Source: Eledone cirrhosa | Taxonomy: Eukaryota | DNA length: 64,000 nt | Direction: 5' to 3' | Assembly: GCA_964016885.1 (NCBI GenBank) | Contig: OZ024741.1 | Span: forward strand, 366,296,001 to 366,360,000 | Shown: in pieces, positions 12,321 through 28,021 of the stretch | How the letters are laid out: each line of letters begins with the position of its first letter | How positions within the stretch are numbered: position 1 is the stretch's first letter | Program-made: the position numbers and the translations under genes | The notes under the pieces: model-generated | The model's database searches: none | What the model was told of the DNA's origin: nothing | The model's input: only the letters and a program-made list of their open reading frames with translations

Positions 12321-13358
12321 GTTGTCTATATGTTTTGAATAGTTTACTTAATATATAAATGATCATTGATAAGAACAACAACAAAAATAGATTTTGAAAT
12401 CGTTAGACTGTTTGTAATGGGGTTGGTTAAGTTTCAAGAACTGAAATTTATTTAGTTTGGAAACGTAACGTAAATTATTGCTGTGTGTGGCTATATGTGT
12501 TAAGAAGCCGAAATGAATGCATATCACACATTGCCGTTTTGATTAAAGGTAACTTTACATAAGATAATTTAGACTTTCATAGCCATAAAAGTCGTTATGT
12601 ATGCATGTATGTATGTATGGATGCATGCAAACAAATAGGTCCATTGATTAGCTTAACCCATAAAGAAAACTCTCTCAAAATACGATAAACCAGCCACTGA
12701 CAACATCAGTCACTGGAAACATGGAGACAGATGTTACCAAGGCACAGACGACGCATTCGTAGTTTCTGTATAATAAAAAGGTTATTATCTGCAGCAACTA
12801 CAACCACATTACGTAATAGGCGTGCTGCTGTGTGCCGCGAAGCTTGTGTCAGAAAAATCATATTTATATATTTATATATATGTATATATATAGAATGTGA
12901 TTGAAACTGGATTGACATACATATTACTCGATGTATTTAGGTAAATTGTTTCTTTGGCTATTTACTACAACCTATTCCGATGACTGGCCCCAAATCAGCA
13001 GGTATTTTAGGCTGAGAATTTGGGCATGTCTCAGCCACACAAAGACACAGAATGGTCCACCTACGACGGTCTGCGAAGTTTCCTTCGACTTTATGATAAA
13101 GGATTCTACTCGCTTTCATTTTTCCTCTCTCGTTTTGCTTTTAATTTTTTTAAAAATCCGCTTCTCCACTCAGCCTCACTTCTTTGCTACTTCATCCGAT
13201 TATGTTGCCTTTAATATTTCCAACATCACCTTCATTGTAGGGGCTTCCAAACCAAATCATATATCAATGAATGTATGTGTATATGTGTCTATATAAATGT
13301 AGATATACACATATATGTGTGTATGTATATAAATATATATAAATATATATATATATAT

Positions 13359-14659
13359 GGAGAAGAAGTTTATGAAATGGAAATGCGGGTATACAGAATT
13401 TATTAGGTAACAATTGTTTCTATAGTGTATGGGTTATCTATACCTCGCTATTTGAATAATATAAAAATATTATCATAAACCGAAGGTACACTGTAAGCAA
13501 ACACACCATGTCGTCAGACCTTTGTATTGGAATGATATGAAAATATTTTATACACTAGATAAAAGATAAAGAAGGAGGTAGGAAGAGAAGGGGAAGAGGG
13601 AAGTGAGTAAGGTGGAGGGAGTCTTAGGATTTAAGACTGTCAGACTAGTAGAGATTGTAAGGATAGAATGTTTTGGCAGCAGTTAGCTTAATGAGGCGTG
13701 TTAGGGTTGGCGGGGGAAGTAAATTCTTCTAGTGGTGTTGTTCGGACAAAATTTAGTTAAAGGGGTCAAAGTGGTACAGTGTCACAGACAAGTTATTGGG
13801 GCTATTATAGTAGCAGGTTATTTCTAAAGGGGTCCAGAAAACAGTGTTTAGTACTATTATTATAGAAAGCCATATCTTGTGTATAAACATATAAAACAGA
13901 AATTTGCAAACGGTGGTGTAAAAAGGTAACATTATATGCATTTAAAAAAAGAAAAAGTCGTTTTCAAACGATGGTTACAGTATAGAGAACGTTCAATTTT
14001 GCTGTTCAAAAGTTTGTTTACCGACGTTAAAATGCAGTATATCTCCAAATTGCATAACTTGCAGAATCGATGATTTTGCTTATATGCAGGCGCATCTGTA
14101 ATAATTTGCCAATCAAGGGAGAATGCTTGATTGTTCCTCCGGAGCTGCCAGGCTTTATCGGCGAGGGTTGTTACGGAGCGCATTTTCTCGTGCCTGATCG
14201 AAGATCGATGTTGGTATAGGCGAGCCTTGAAAGAAGTTGCGGTACATCCGACGTAATACCATTTGTTGGTTCCGGAATTTATTGTACATCGGTAGACAAT
14301 ATTGCGTGCTAGGCACTGGTTATTCAGTGGGCACGTACCTGGTTTGGTGCAGTTACAATTATTTTTATGTTTTGCAGTAGAATCCTGGATAGTTTGGTGG
14401 GGTTGTAGTTGCGTGTTAGTGCGTTGTATGTTGCTATGCTGGTGCGCTGAGTCATTAGGGATGTACTTATTCAGTATTGGTGAGTTGAGTTTTTTAATTA
14501 GTTGTTCTATGTTAGGTGCAGTCGAGTATGAGAGTCTAATGGTGCGCGAGTTAAAGATGTTATAGTATTTATGTGAAGTTGTAAAGTGTTTATTGATTAG
14601 TGTATAGAATTGTGAGATAATCTTAGTGCTAATAGAAGAATTGTACACGGGGTTATACC

Positions 14660-14660
<1 letters not shown>
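13359..14660 (-). mobile_element. 5'-truncated Naiad element (linker plus GIY-YIG ORF 13932-14660, 3' UTR)
   Basis: WYNPVYN...CNCTKPGTCPLNNQC...IVY...YVGCTATSFKARLYQH...CKLCNLE...CNHR. Both ends abut (TA)n; related to the 62212 element. Confidence 0.9.
13405..13521 (-). ncRNA. Hammerhead ribozyme with 90-nt stem II
   Basis: AGGT-CTGACGA-c-ATGGTGTGT...ATACACTAT-a-GAAA-CAATTG-TT-ACCT-AATAAA. Confidence 0.75.
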
Positions 14661-14693
<33 letters not shown>

Positions 14694-14880
14694 ATATATG
14701 AATGAATATATATGTATGTATATATGTATACATCTATCTATCTATCTATCTATATATATATATATGAATGAATATATATGTATGTATATATGTATACATC
14801 TATCTATCTATCTATCTATATATATATATATGAATGAATATATATGTATGTATATATGTATACATCTATCTATCTATCTA

Positions 14881-14928
<48 letters not shown>

Positions 14929-14930
14929 TA

Positions 14931-15036
<106 letters not shown>

Positions 15037-15065
15037 TATCTATATATATATATATATATATATAC

Positions 15066-15164
<99 letters not shown>

Positions 15165-15267
15165 AGATATAATATGTATATTTATAAATATATACGTATA
15201 TTAATTTAATTTATAACTATATATATTATATAAATATATACGTACATACATGCATACATATTTGTAA

Positions 15268-15300
<33 letters not shown>

Positions 15301-15460
15301 ACACATATATATATATACATACATAAATGCATACATATTTGTAAATATGTATATATATATATACATACATATTTGTAAATATATATATATATATACATAT
15401 ATAATATGAGAGACGTAAAATAAGAAAATTATAAAATTAACTTACTTACTAAAAAATCAC

Positions 15461-15538
15461 TTCAAACTAATTAGTTTCTGGAATGGAGTAAATATATTTT
15501 CCGAAGAAACATATAGAAAATCATTCCGTCATCAGGAA
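15461..15538 (-). ncRNA. Hammerhead-like motif in an isolated pseudo-LTR remnant
   Basis: TTC-CTGATGA-c-GGAATG...(C-UUCG-G capped)...CATTCC-a-GAAA-CTAATTAG-TT-t-GAA; stem I is short and has one extra nucleotide. Confidence 0.6.
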
Positions 15539-15546
15539 TATACATA

Positions 15547-15578
<32 letters not shown>

Positions 15579-15685
15579 CATATATATATACATATATATA
15601 TGTATATATATATACATATATATACATATATATATATACATATATATATACATATATATATGTATATATATATACATATATATAC

Positions 15686-18016
<2,331 letters not shown>

Positions 18017-18146
18017 TATGCATACATACATATATATACATATATATACATACATATACATACATACATACATACACACACATACATACATACATACATA
18101 CATACATACATACATACATACATACATACATACATACATACATACA

Positions 18147-18177
<31 letters not shown>

Positions 18178-18779
18178 GTATGTGCACATACGTGAGTATG
18201 TGTATGCGCATATTTATATTTATCCCTCTTAGATAGATATGTAGATAAAACTTATTAAATACAATTATTCTCCAGACAAGTTGTATTTATACAGAAGAAG
18301 AATTGTACATAATAGTGTATAAATCTAAATATATTCGCATATATTTTTTTTATGAAATTTCATACCTAAAAATAACAATAGCGAAAATATAACAGTAAAC
18401 TTAATAAAGCTTTGTTTTTTTTACATTTAATAAACTGACACAAGATGATATTTATGATGATATGTGTTTATTTACATCGATGAAAGAATAGGAAATTAAA
18501 TTATTTTCCTATAATGCAACAATATGGAATATATATACTTAGATTTGTTAAAATATTTTTATATGAATTCGTGTTTAAAATGAATTAAAGGTAAATATTT
18601 AAGATAAATATATCATTTGATTTGAAATTTGATATATGATATCCTAACAGTGCTTATTTTTTTAATCTCCTTTCAAAACATAACGTTAATAAGTCTTTCT
18701 ATGAAAAATAAATAATGGGGTATTTTCTAATATGTACATTTTTAGTAGCGTTTCTTTGTATATTGATACGGTTTTATGC

Positions 18780-19127
18780 TATGTTTAAACTGTTGCAGAT
18801 CCCCTCGTTTCGGGAAGACATGAATGAGCAGGGAGTGAGTTCTAGTCATGAAAAAACTGAGCATTTTGTTTGGGTGGTTGGACACAAATGGGTAGTGACT
18901 GAGGAGACATTGTAGTCGGGAATGTTTGAGTGAAGGGAGTAAGAATTTAGCAAGCTCCAGTAAGTAGTAACAGTAGGGAAGATTGGAGAACCAGACAGTC
19001 CGTTTGTGGAGTAGATGTAAAAGAATGACTTTAAACCAATTAGCTTAATGTAAACAATAGCAGCACAACCACGAATTGTGGAGCAGTACACTATTGTGGG
19101 TCTCACCTGAGTTTTGTAGATGATCAT
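18780..19127 (-). pseudogene. Old CR1/Jockey-group LINE 3' fragment
   Basis: YKTQVRPTIVYCSTIRG and downstream NSLPAH..VFP..DLQQFK-like segments. Confidence 0.55.
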
Positions 19128-19157
19128 TACTTATTTAGATGTACTATTTGATTCAAA

Positions 19158-19348
19158 GGCGGTGGATTGGCAGTATCGGTAGAAGGTCGGACGCCATGCT
19201 TTGACGCAAAGAGTTACGGCTTTTTCCATTTTGAGTTCAAATCCCGCCGAGGTTAATTTGCCTTTCATCCTTACGGGGTCGATAAAATAAAGTACCAGTA
19301 TTACACTGGGTAATTGCTGGCCTTGTGCCAAAAGTAGAAACAATTATT
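19158..19348 (+). mobile_element. SINE family A
   Basis: Full head, core and tail; flanking tatttgattc duplication. Confidence 0.85.
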
Positions 19349-20519
19349 TGATTCTGAAGATGATGCATTAGTGACAGACGTTAAATGATAGGGTTTCAAA
19401 TGAGAGTTGAAATATCAGTTCGTTGAAATTTAGAAGTTTACTAAGGTATGTGTGTGTGTATGTGCGCAGGAATGTATGTGTGTGGAGGGTACAAATTCCC
19501 CAATATTTTTTTCTATATGATAGCTAAAGGTTTTTGTCATCGAAACCTTTCTAAAAATTATTAACACGAGAGAAATTATATAGTTTATTGACAGGAATTG
19601 AAACCGCAATGCAGTCTCAGCTCATTGGTTATTCACCAAAGCTGAACATTCCCATAATGCTTTTGACAACAAATCACCTGAAGGAAGATCTGGTTGTATA
19701 ACATAAAATCATCTGGATAAAAATGTTCATATTTAAATTAAAAACATTCCATTATAATTTTATTTATAGTTTTTTTATTAAATATATGCACCAAACGCTG
19801 GCTAAATATACAAACAAATTAATCAAAAGTTTAGATGTTTTACTAAATCCCTTCAAATTCAAGGTTATATTCAAGATTTGAATGCTTCTTCTAGTAGATC
19901 CAGTGACGTAGAGTAGCGGAGGCTAAATTAGCCATGGGACATCGATAGAACTATCAAAGGGTTTTAGTGATTTGGGGGACATTAAAATAAATAAATAATG
20001 AATTCTAATTTTGACGCAAGCTTAGTCTATTAATTCGGTCTCAGTACTTTGTTTTATCGAGCGGGAAAGGATCAAAACCAATGTTGGCCTCAGCAGGACC
20101 TCACGCCAGAACATATTGGGCCGTAACGAAATACGAATCCACCACCTTCGAAGATATATGAAAGAATACATTACAACTTGCTTACACACATTATAATTAT
20201 TGCCTATTTGTTTTACATTCTGGTGGCTGAATTACTTATTAGTTTTTCTGTATGCCTGGGATCAATGAGCGCCAAAGATTCCATGAAGGAATCAATGGTC
20301 TTAAAGTTTTAGTCTTCTCTTGTTGGCACACAGTTATAGAGATTAAATTTTAAATGAAACTTGGAAGCTCCAAGCATCAATATACTATTGGTTAACTTAT
20401 TACAGGCAACTGATCATATTGAAGTAATCTCCCTAGTATAATATTCTTTGGTTTTAAACACCCCTCCAGAAAGTTTCTTATCAACTAATTGCTTGGATCT
20501 AAAGTCTGACTTAAGCCAA

Positions 20520-20758
20520 CAGGTTCGTTAGGTCGGTGCTTATACCAGTTTCATGGCGTGAAGCGATTGAGAGTAGAACACTCCACACTGAACAGGACGC
20601 CAGTCCATCTCAGGGTTAAACCCCCAGCTATTTCAGTTGAATATACTGGAGAAACGTGAAGTGAAGTGTTTTGTTCAAGAACACAACACAGCCCAAGAAT
20701 CGAACCCACGACATTATGATCGTAAGTGCAAAACCCTTACCACTAAGCCACGCGCCTC
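20520..20758 (-). mobile_element. tRNA-derived V-SINE-like element
   Basis: TGGCTTAGTGG A-box, GTTCGATTC B-box, V-domain-like AACCCTGAGATGGACTGGCGTCC...GCTTCACGCCATGAAACTGG. Confidence 0.65.
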
Positions 20759-21053
20759 GACAATTGCTTGGATAGTATCAATTAATCGAATCGTTCAACT
20801 CAGAATATTACAGCTTTGTAGATTTGTTAGAGCAACAGACAAATTGCCTCGGTATGTGTTCCGGTTCCCTGCACTTTGAGTTCAAATCCCGCCGAGGTCA
20901 ATGTTGCCATTCATCCATTTGAGGTTGATAATTAAAATAAAAATTCATGGATTGGTGTAATGTTTAAAAAGTCGGAAGAGTTCCCTTGCAATGTCTGTGC
21001 GTTCTAAGTTCAGATCCTACGACCTGACACTGGAAATGCGGTTACGCTTATGT

Positions 21054-21243
21054 AGACCTACCAACCTCTAAAAACCTAAACGGGGAGTACCATGTAAAAA
21101 AGTGCCCCAAAACGGGAAGAAATGAGAGAAAATGAGATTTTACAAAATGAAAGCTATACCTATTTTCACAAGATAAGACATCTCTCACCCATCCCAAATT
21201 TGGTGGAGTTCTCCCGCTCGCACGGGGAGAGTTGACAGATCTG
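21054..21243. mobile_element. MITE with (C)AGACCTACCAAC-type TIRs
   Basis: Imperfect TIRs, flanking duplication cttatgt; second copy at 51278-51408. Confidence 0.7.
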
Positions 21244-21803
21244 CTTATGTTAGGAGTTGCGACCGACAGATAGTATCAGAAATGGAAAGACCAATGAAAA
21301 TATTGTTCCTTTAAAACGATCTGACGATCAGCTGTTTTCTTTTCCTATACCATATATGATACAACCTACTATATTTGCAGAAAGAATCAAATTAAATATA
21401 TCCCGATATGTAGTTGTTGATAAAGATTTCCGATTTAAAATTACACTATTTTGGTTTTAGTTTTTATCTCTTTGTATCAATAAAATAACTATCGATGAAA
21501 GATAGTGTTGAAAAATTATATTTGATAGAAAAAATATTATAATTCTGTTTTTGATTATATATACACTGTATGAATGATTTTTTCAGTTTTGTTTTGTTTT
21601 ATATCGCAATTAGTAAACAATAGCGTAGGAAGTTTTAAACGGACAAATCACTGCTTCACAGTATTCATGATGGTGAGAGTGAGAATAACTCGAGGCAGAA
21701 CAAATATCTCAAAATACTCACTTTGATTAGCACCCTTTTTTGCCAATGTTTACATCATTCAATGATATATACCGGTAAAATAATCACATACACATACACC
21801 CTC

Positions 21804-21840
<37 letters not shown>

Positions 21841-22237
21841 GAGAGAGAGAGAGAGAGAGAGAGGGGGGGAGATATACAAACACACACACATATATATATA
21901 TATATACATATAATCAAATTAAACAAGGAATACAAATAATTAATAATTAATAGGGCGCACGTTACAATGCCAAAATTTTGCCATCTTATGGGCTTTTAAT
22001 TATAAAGAATATATATATATATATACCCGCACACGTCCGTATACCACTTATATGATATCTGTCAATCTTGAGTCATGGTAGTTACGCATATGAACCGAAC
22101 TGGAAATACTGCTCTCATATTTATAGAATATTTTTAAAAGAGCAGTTGTTTTTGTGTTTGATAATTGAACCTCTGTTGGGGTATCAATTTCATCCACATA
22201 TGAATATTTCTCCTCTCAAAGAATTATTTTTATATTG

Positions 22238-22797
22238 ATTTCTAATTTAGGCACAAAGCTACTAAATTTTGGAGAAGGGCAAAGTTGATAAAATCAACCC
22301 AGTACTTTATTTTATTGACCCTAGGAAGGCAAAGTTGACCTCAGTGAGATTCCAACTCAGAATGTAAAGAGCCAGAACAAACACTGCAATGACATGTTAT
22401 CCGACACACTACCAATTCTGCCAATCTACATCCCTAGAATTATTTTAGTATTAATATAAATAAATAATCATTTAGACCGATACTACTACTTCAACTAAAA
22501 TATCAACTTCTAGCATGGGCACAATGCTACATAATATAAGGGAGGGGACATAGTAGCTTAAATCAACCTGACTGGTATTTTGCTCAATGCAGTAATGATT
22601 CTACCTATCATCTATAATTGTTTTTCTTTTGGCACAAGGCCAGCAAATACCCCAGTGCATTACTGGTGCTTTATTTTATCGATCACGTAAGGCAAAGTTA
22701 ACCTCGGCGGTATTTGAACTCAGAACGTAAAGGGACATAACTCTATGCTGCAAAGCATGGTGTCTGATGCTCTACCGATACTGCCAATCCAATCGCT
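22238..22797 (-). mobile_element. Two SINE family A-related copies (22238-22430, 22618-22797)
   Basis: Core, B-box and tail matches. Confidence 0.75.
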
Positions 22798-22947
22798 TCA
22801 TATCTATCTTATCCTTCAAGACTTGGAATCGTTAACCAGTACTAACGAGGAAATAATCTCATGACATATTAGAAGATATGGCCAAACAATAAAATGTCTT
22901 GGTGATATTAGTACAGGGTGCAGTAAAAAAGAAAAATCCCAGATAAT

Positions 22948-23133
22948 TTCTTCTTCTTCTTCTTCTTCTTCTTCTTCTTCTTCTTCTTCGCCCACTTATT
23001 CCTGAGAGAGTCGTGGGAGCAGATTCATGAAACACTCGTTCCGGCGAGTCCTGTCAGAAGCAACCGTCTCCCCCTAATCCAGCTGGAGAATCCCCAATCG
23101 AGACTAGCCGAGCTCATGGATATTATCCAACCA
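22948..23133 (-). pseudogene. RTE LINE 3' end with (GAA)n tail
   Basis: WLDNIHELG*SRLGI...ASDRTR...LLPRLSQE* then (GAA)n; same family as 33000-33620. Confidence 0.7.
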
Positions 23134-23336
23134 AAATAATTATCTAACCTATATAATTATTAAGATGCGTCATTGGTGTTAATACAGCGCTCAGGTGAAA
23201 GATTATTAGATTAGGAGAAATTGTGGAAATGTGGGATTGGAACGGGAGAATATGGACTAGGAAATGATTCTGAAATGAGTGCAAAGCTATTTTTATTCTG
23301 TTGTATTTCTCCAACAAGATTTCTTCCAATTATTCT

Positions 23337-23526
23337 GGGTGGATTGGCAGCATCGGTAGAGGGTCGGACGTCATGCTTTGTAGCATAGAGTTACGCCCCA
23401 TTAAGGTCTGAGGTCAAATCCCGCCGAGGTTAACTTTGCCTTTCATCCTTACGAGGTCGATAAAATAAAGGAACAGTAATGCACTGTGTAATTACTGGCC
23501 TTGTGCCTAAAGTAGAAACAATTATT
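23337..23526 (+). mobile_element. SINE family A
   Basis: Full-length match; flanking caattattct duplication. Confidence 0.85.
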
Positions 23527-23806
23527 CTCCTGTTGGTAAAGCCGAATATATATACTCTATATATATTTCTATATATTTAGGTTTGATATTATTTTCATGC
23601 ATCAATTTCTTCTATCTGTCTGTCTACTTATAAATCTATTCATCTATCTGTTTACCTACCTAAATATCTATCTTCCAATCTATTTGTCTATCTACCTATC
23701 AATGCGTCTATTCTATTTGCCTCTCTATCGATCTACCTAACTATTTATCTACCTCTGTACCTATCCCTTGTCTACATATCTATCTACTTATGTACCTGTC
23801 TACCTA

Positions 23807-25377
23807 ACAACCGACTCGGAGATCGAGACGATCGGTACCTTACTGGAGGAGTACGAAAGGTTGTCAGGAGCGAAACTGAACCGGGAAAAATCCATCGGGC
23901 TGCAACTCGGAACGTGGAGAGGCAGACCGATGCCTCCCGATGGTGTCGTCGGACACTGGACGGAGGGCCCGGTAAAGTTGCTTGGGGTCTGGTTTGGACC
24001 GGACCTCCAGGTGGAAAAGAACTGGAACGAGGTTACGAACAAGGTGTTTGCACTAACCCAGAAATGGGCCAAGTGTAAGCTGTCCCTAAAAGGCCGGGCG
24101 GAGGTGGCGAACATTTACATAGCGTCCGTCACTTACTACCGCCTGACTGTCGTGCCTTGCCCTAAGGAAACACTCACCACCATGGAACGCATGCTCTTCC
24201 AATTTCTTTGGAAGAAGCGTCCTCCTATGGTGAGAAGATCCATCTGCTGCCAACAACCTTCGAAAGGAGGGCTGGGGATGCCGTGGTTGATGATGCGTAG
24301 GCACGCATTAAGGCTACGGCACCTACAGGTATTCCTCACTGGTCAACCGGTGTGGGCTCCGTTCGTGAAACGAGCCTTTCCGAGACTCGTCTCACTCACC
24401 GAGCTACAGTCCTGGGTCAAGCAAAGATCCGGAAAACTGGGAGACTGGCACACTGAGTGTGCTCAGGCGCTCAGGGCTCTCTGGCAAGCGGGCCGGGCCA
24501 TCGGTGGAGAATCCACCTCATCATTCTATAGAGGGCTGGTGGCTAGCAGGGGCGATGACACCCTTGGAGAATCGCTGGACATGGAAGAAGACGAACTGGC
24601 CAGCCTGTTCGGTAGGACTTTCGGCCCAGGACCAATGGACAACTTCCAGAAGTCACTGGCCTGGCAGTGCTACCGAGGGGCTCTACCCGTTCGAGAGAGG
24701 CTCTACAGACACGGGCGCCCGGGCAGGGATCCCTCAAAAAAGATTTGCCCTAGATGCGTGCGTCACGAAGAAACCGTGGCGCACGCATTGGTGCAATGTC
24801 CGGGCGTGGCTGATCTGTGGGGCTACGCCGAACAACTGCTGTCGCGGGTGGCGCCGATTAAATTGACAGCCGAGTCCGTGATGACAATCAAACCGCCTCC
24901 CCTCTTCACAAAGGAAGCAAAGGCGGTTTTTCTGTGCGTAATAGCCATGTTGAAAGAGGTTGTTTGGTGGACACGATTGAAAGGTCTGAGGTCAGGCAAC
25001 TTCCTCTCTGGCCATAGTCTGGTCTACTTCTTCCGATATCACTTCGGAAGAAGGATAAGAATGGAGAGAGAGGTGCTTGGCCACAGGCAGTTTTATGAAA
25101 GGTGGGTGATAGTGGCGAGAATGGCTCGTGTAAATGGGCCTTCTCTGTATACCATCCTGTAGGTAAAGAAGTAAAGGAGAGGGGAGCACCTTCTCCATGT
25201 GCTCCCCGGGCAAAGGATTGCACACTTTTTCGGGGGTGTGTGCAACCCCCATCACGTCCCCTCCCTTTTGAGGTTATTTTCGATTATTTTCATGTTACAC
25301 CCTTTTTACTCGATTATATGTAAACTCCCCCTTTGTATTTGTCCCTTCTTTTTATGCCTTTATGGTAAATAAAGAAA
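23807..25377 (+). mobile_element. 5'-truncated Tx1/L1-clade LINE (ORF2 C-terminus to 25162, then 3' UTR)
   Basis: YERLSGAKLNREKS, VKLLGVWFG, LSLKGRA, GGLG, CPRC...ETVAHALVQC (zf-RVT). Uninterrupted frame, GC-rich, ends AATAAAGAAA. The first ~13 aa of the called ORF come from flanking (TCTA)n. Confidence 0.92.
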
Positions 25378-25643
25378 TCTATCTATATATCTACATACCA
25401 TTCTATCTAACTATGTAGTTATCTTTCTCTACCTGCCTCTTTATGTATCTACCTATCTGCCTAGCTATCTACTTATATATATATAAATATATATATCTAC
25501 TTATATATCTATTTGTCTGACTGTCTGCCTCTCTGTCTATCTACCTATCTATCTACCTAACCACATACAAAACTCTCACCGGTGGGGGGAGCGTCCGCCA
25601 CAGCCGCGGGGCCAGTGTGTGAGTCCTCATTTACTCATAATAG

Positions 25644-25828
25644 TTGTTTCTACGTTAGGCACAAGGCCAGCAATTACCCAGTGCATTACTGGTACTTTAT
25701 TTTATCGACCCCGTAAAGATGAAAGGCAAAGTCAACCTCGGCGGGATTTGAACTCAGATCGTAAAGGGACGTAACTATGCTGGAAAGCATGGCGTCTGAC
25801 CCTCTACCGATACTGCCAATCCACCGCC
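25644..25828 (-). mobile_element. SINE family A with 16-bp TSD
   Basis: TSD catttactcataatag at 25628-25643 and 25845-25860. Confidence 0.88.
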
Positions 25829-27143
25829 CTATTATGAGTAAATCCATTTACTCATAATAGTGAGAGATGGTGAGAGTGGGAGTGATGGAGGTAGTGACAG
25901 TGAGAGTTTGGTTCTTTTGTGTTCGGATCTGGTGTATATATATATATGAGAGAATGAGTCTTTCCCACTTTAAACTATTATATATGATAATGTATACACA
26001 TGTACTTTCTATCTATTTATCTATATATCAATCTACCTACCTATCTGTTTATCTATGCATTTCATTCTCTGTAGCTGTCTATTTCTCCCTGGCTTTAACG
26101 ATATGTCGCTGAAGCAGAATAACGATTTCCAAAGCCAAGCCTCCAAGTAACAAGCAAAAATGAGAACTAAAATAATATTGTTTAATATGTACTGTACTTT
26201 ACTTCTTCTTCAATTTTATTTAGCGATGTTTTTTTCTTTTTGTCGCAGAAAATTTATCTTACGACGACAAAAGATACTTTTTATGTAAAAATAATATAAG
26301 TACGTGATAAAAAATTACTTCATTTTGTTTTTGATCATTTTTCAACACAAATTTCTAAAATAAAAGCAATATTCTGGGCAAGATTGATTATTATTCAGAA
26401 GATTCAGAAGATTCAAAAGAACGTGTAACATTATGCGAAGCATGAAAGAAAGTATCCCTAACTAGTTCATGAATCTAAAGGCAAAAAGAAAAGATATTAT
26501 ATAGATCAAGTGATGGGCTGACGCCATGTTGGTAATGAGATCGCTTTCCTATGAAGAAAAAACGATATATATTCATGCCTGTTGTCATATTAATATTTAC
26601 AAAATGCGTATATTGAGCTACGATTAAAATCACGTATGCCTATATGTGCCACGAATATGTTACTGGCCTTTGCAAGCGTTATATCTCATTCTCCATAACA
26701 TTAATCTCATTATTCATAACACAAAAGCAGCTTCGAAATAATAGGGAACAGGGAATAGGAAATATCTTGCTGTGTTATAAATTGCCATGTGAATCTTATT
26801 GCCTGCGTAAATTTGTGAATACAAATCTATCCAAATGCATAGTTCTTCAATGACTTGCATACATCTTGATTTCTGATGAATATGAAAATTGAGGTTGGTT
26901 TAATGTGAAGTAATAGTGTAAGAGCAGTTAGCAAAACCTATGTGATGGTATGGCTGTGCTGTTAAAGTGTTCGCTTCCCAACCGCACATGGTTTTGGATA
27001 CAATCTCGTTGTGCAACGCCTTAATCAAGCGTATTTTACTATATTATCGTGTTGAGCAATGAGAGTGATATACTTGAATAAGTACAGGAGGCGATATTAT
27101 TGACTACTTTAAAGTGATGCCCCAGCATAGTGACAGTCTAACA

Positions 27144-27418
27144 AAGGCATGGGCAACCTTTTTCGAGAAGCGGGCAGCATGAATTATGGCTCATCATCAG
27201 GCGGGCCGCAAGCGCTAATTTACATTCGTGCTCACATTAAAAGAGAGGGTGGTAACTCCGGTTGTTTTGATTTGTTTCTACAGAATTCGTAATGGTGTTT
27301 TCCTCGATCGTAAAAATGATAGAAAGAAAAATTACGACTAAAAAGTAAGGGTAAAAAATCAGAAAGATTTCACTTAGGTGAGCCATTCAGAAAGCGAGCC
27401 GCAGGGTGCCCATGACTG
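27144..27418. mobile_element. hAT (Charlie-like) MITE nested in an old SINE
   Basis: TIRs AAGGCATGGGCAACC / GGGTGCCCATGACTG; 8-bp TSD gtctaaca/gtcaaaca. Confidence 0.75.
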
Positions 27419-27986
27419 GTCAAACAACTGAAAGCAGTAGAAGAGTAGAAGAATAAAACCTTCAGTTGACTCTGTTCTCACCATATTTCTAGCTAAAAGA
27501 AAACACTATCTGGGATTTTTTAAGTCGTTATGAAAATAACCAGGAATTTTCAGGAATTCAGTAACATAACTAACCTTCTAGTTAATAAGTTGGAGTTTGG
27601 AACCTGCTTTAACGGTGGTTCTTACATTAAGTTATAATAGAAAGTTTTAGATTAAATGTAAGCACTGTAATTAAGTAGTTTTATATCATTGAAATGAAAC
27701 GAGGCGGTTTTGTAGGATTTGGTATCAACATGTTTAAAGACAACTTTCTGGGGTTCAACATAATATACAGTGATTCTAGTATATTCAAATTTTTAAGTGT
27801 ATATTTCATCGTTAAAGCTATTTTCATCTCCAATTTACGTATGATGATTTCCGAAAATTAATTTTCATAATGAAATAAAAACATTTAAATAAATAACTGA
27901 CCATGAGTTTGCAGCTGGAAAGTTTCACTCTACGGCGCAAATGGAAGGAATATATTAGGTTAACGCTTGAAATAGCAGGAAGAGAG

Positions 27987-28021
27987 TCTTAACGTTTCGG
28001 AGCTAATTCTTCACCAGAAGA
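27987..28021 (-). ncRNA. Degenerate minimal hammerhead
   Basis: TCTT-CTGgTGA-agaattagctcc-GAAA-CG-TT-AAGA; A6 is mutated and stem II decayed. Confidence 0.4.
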
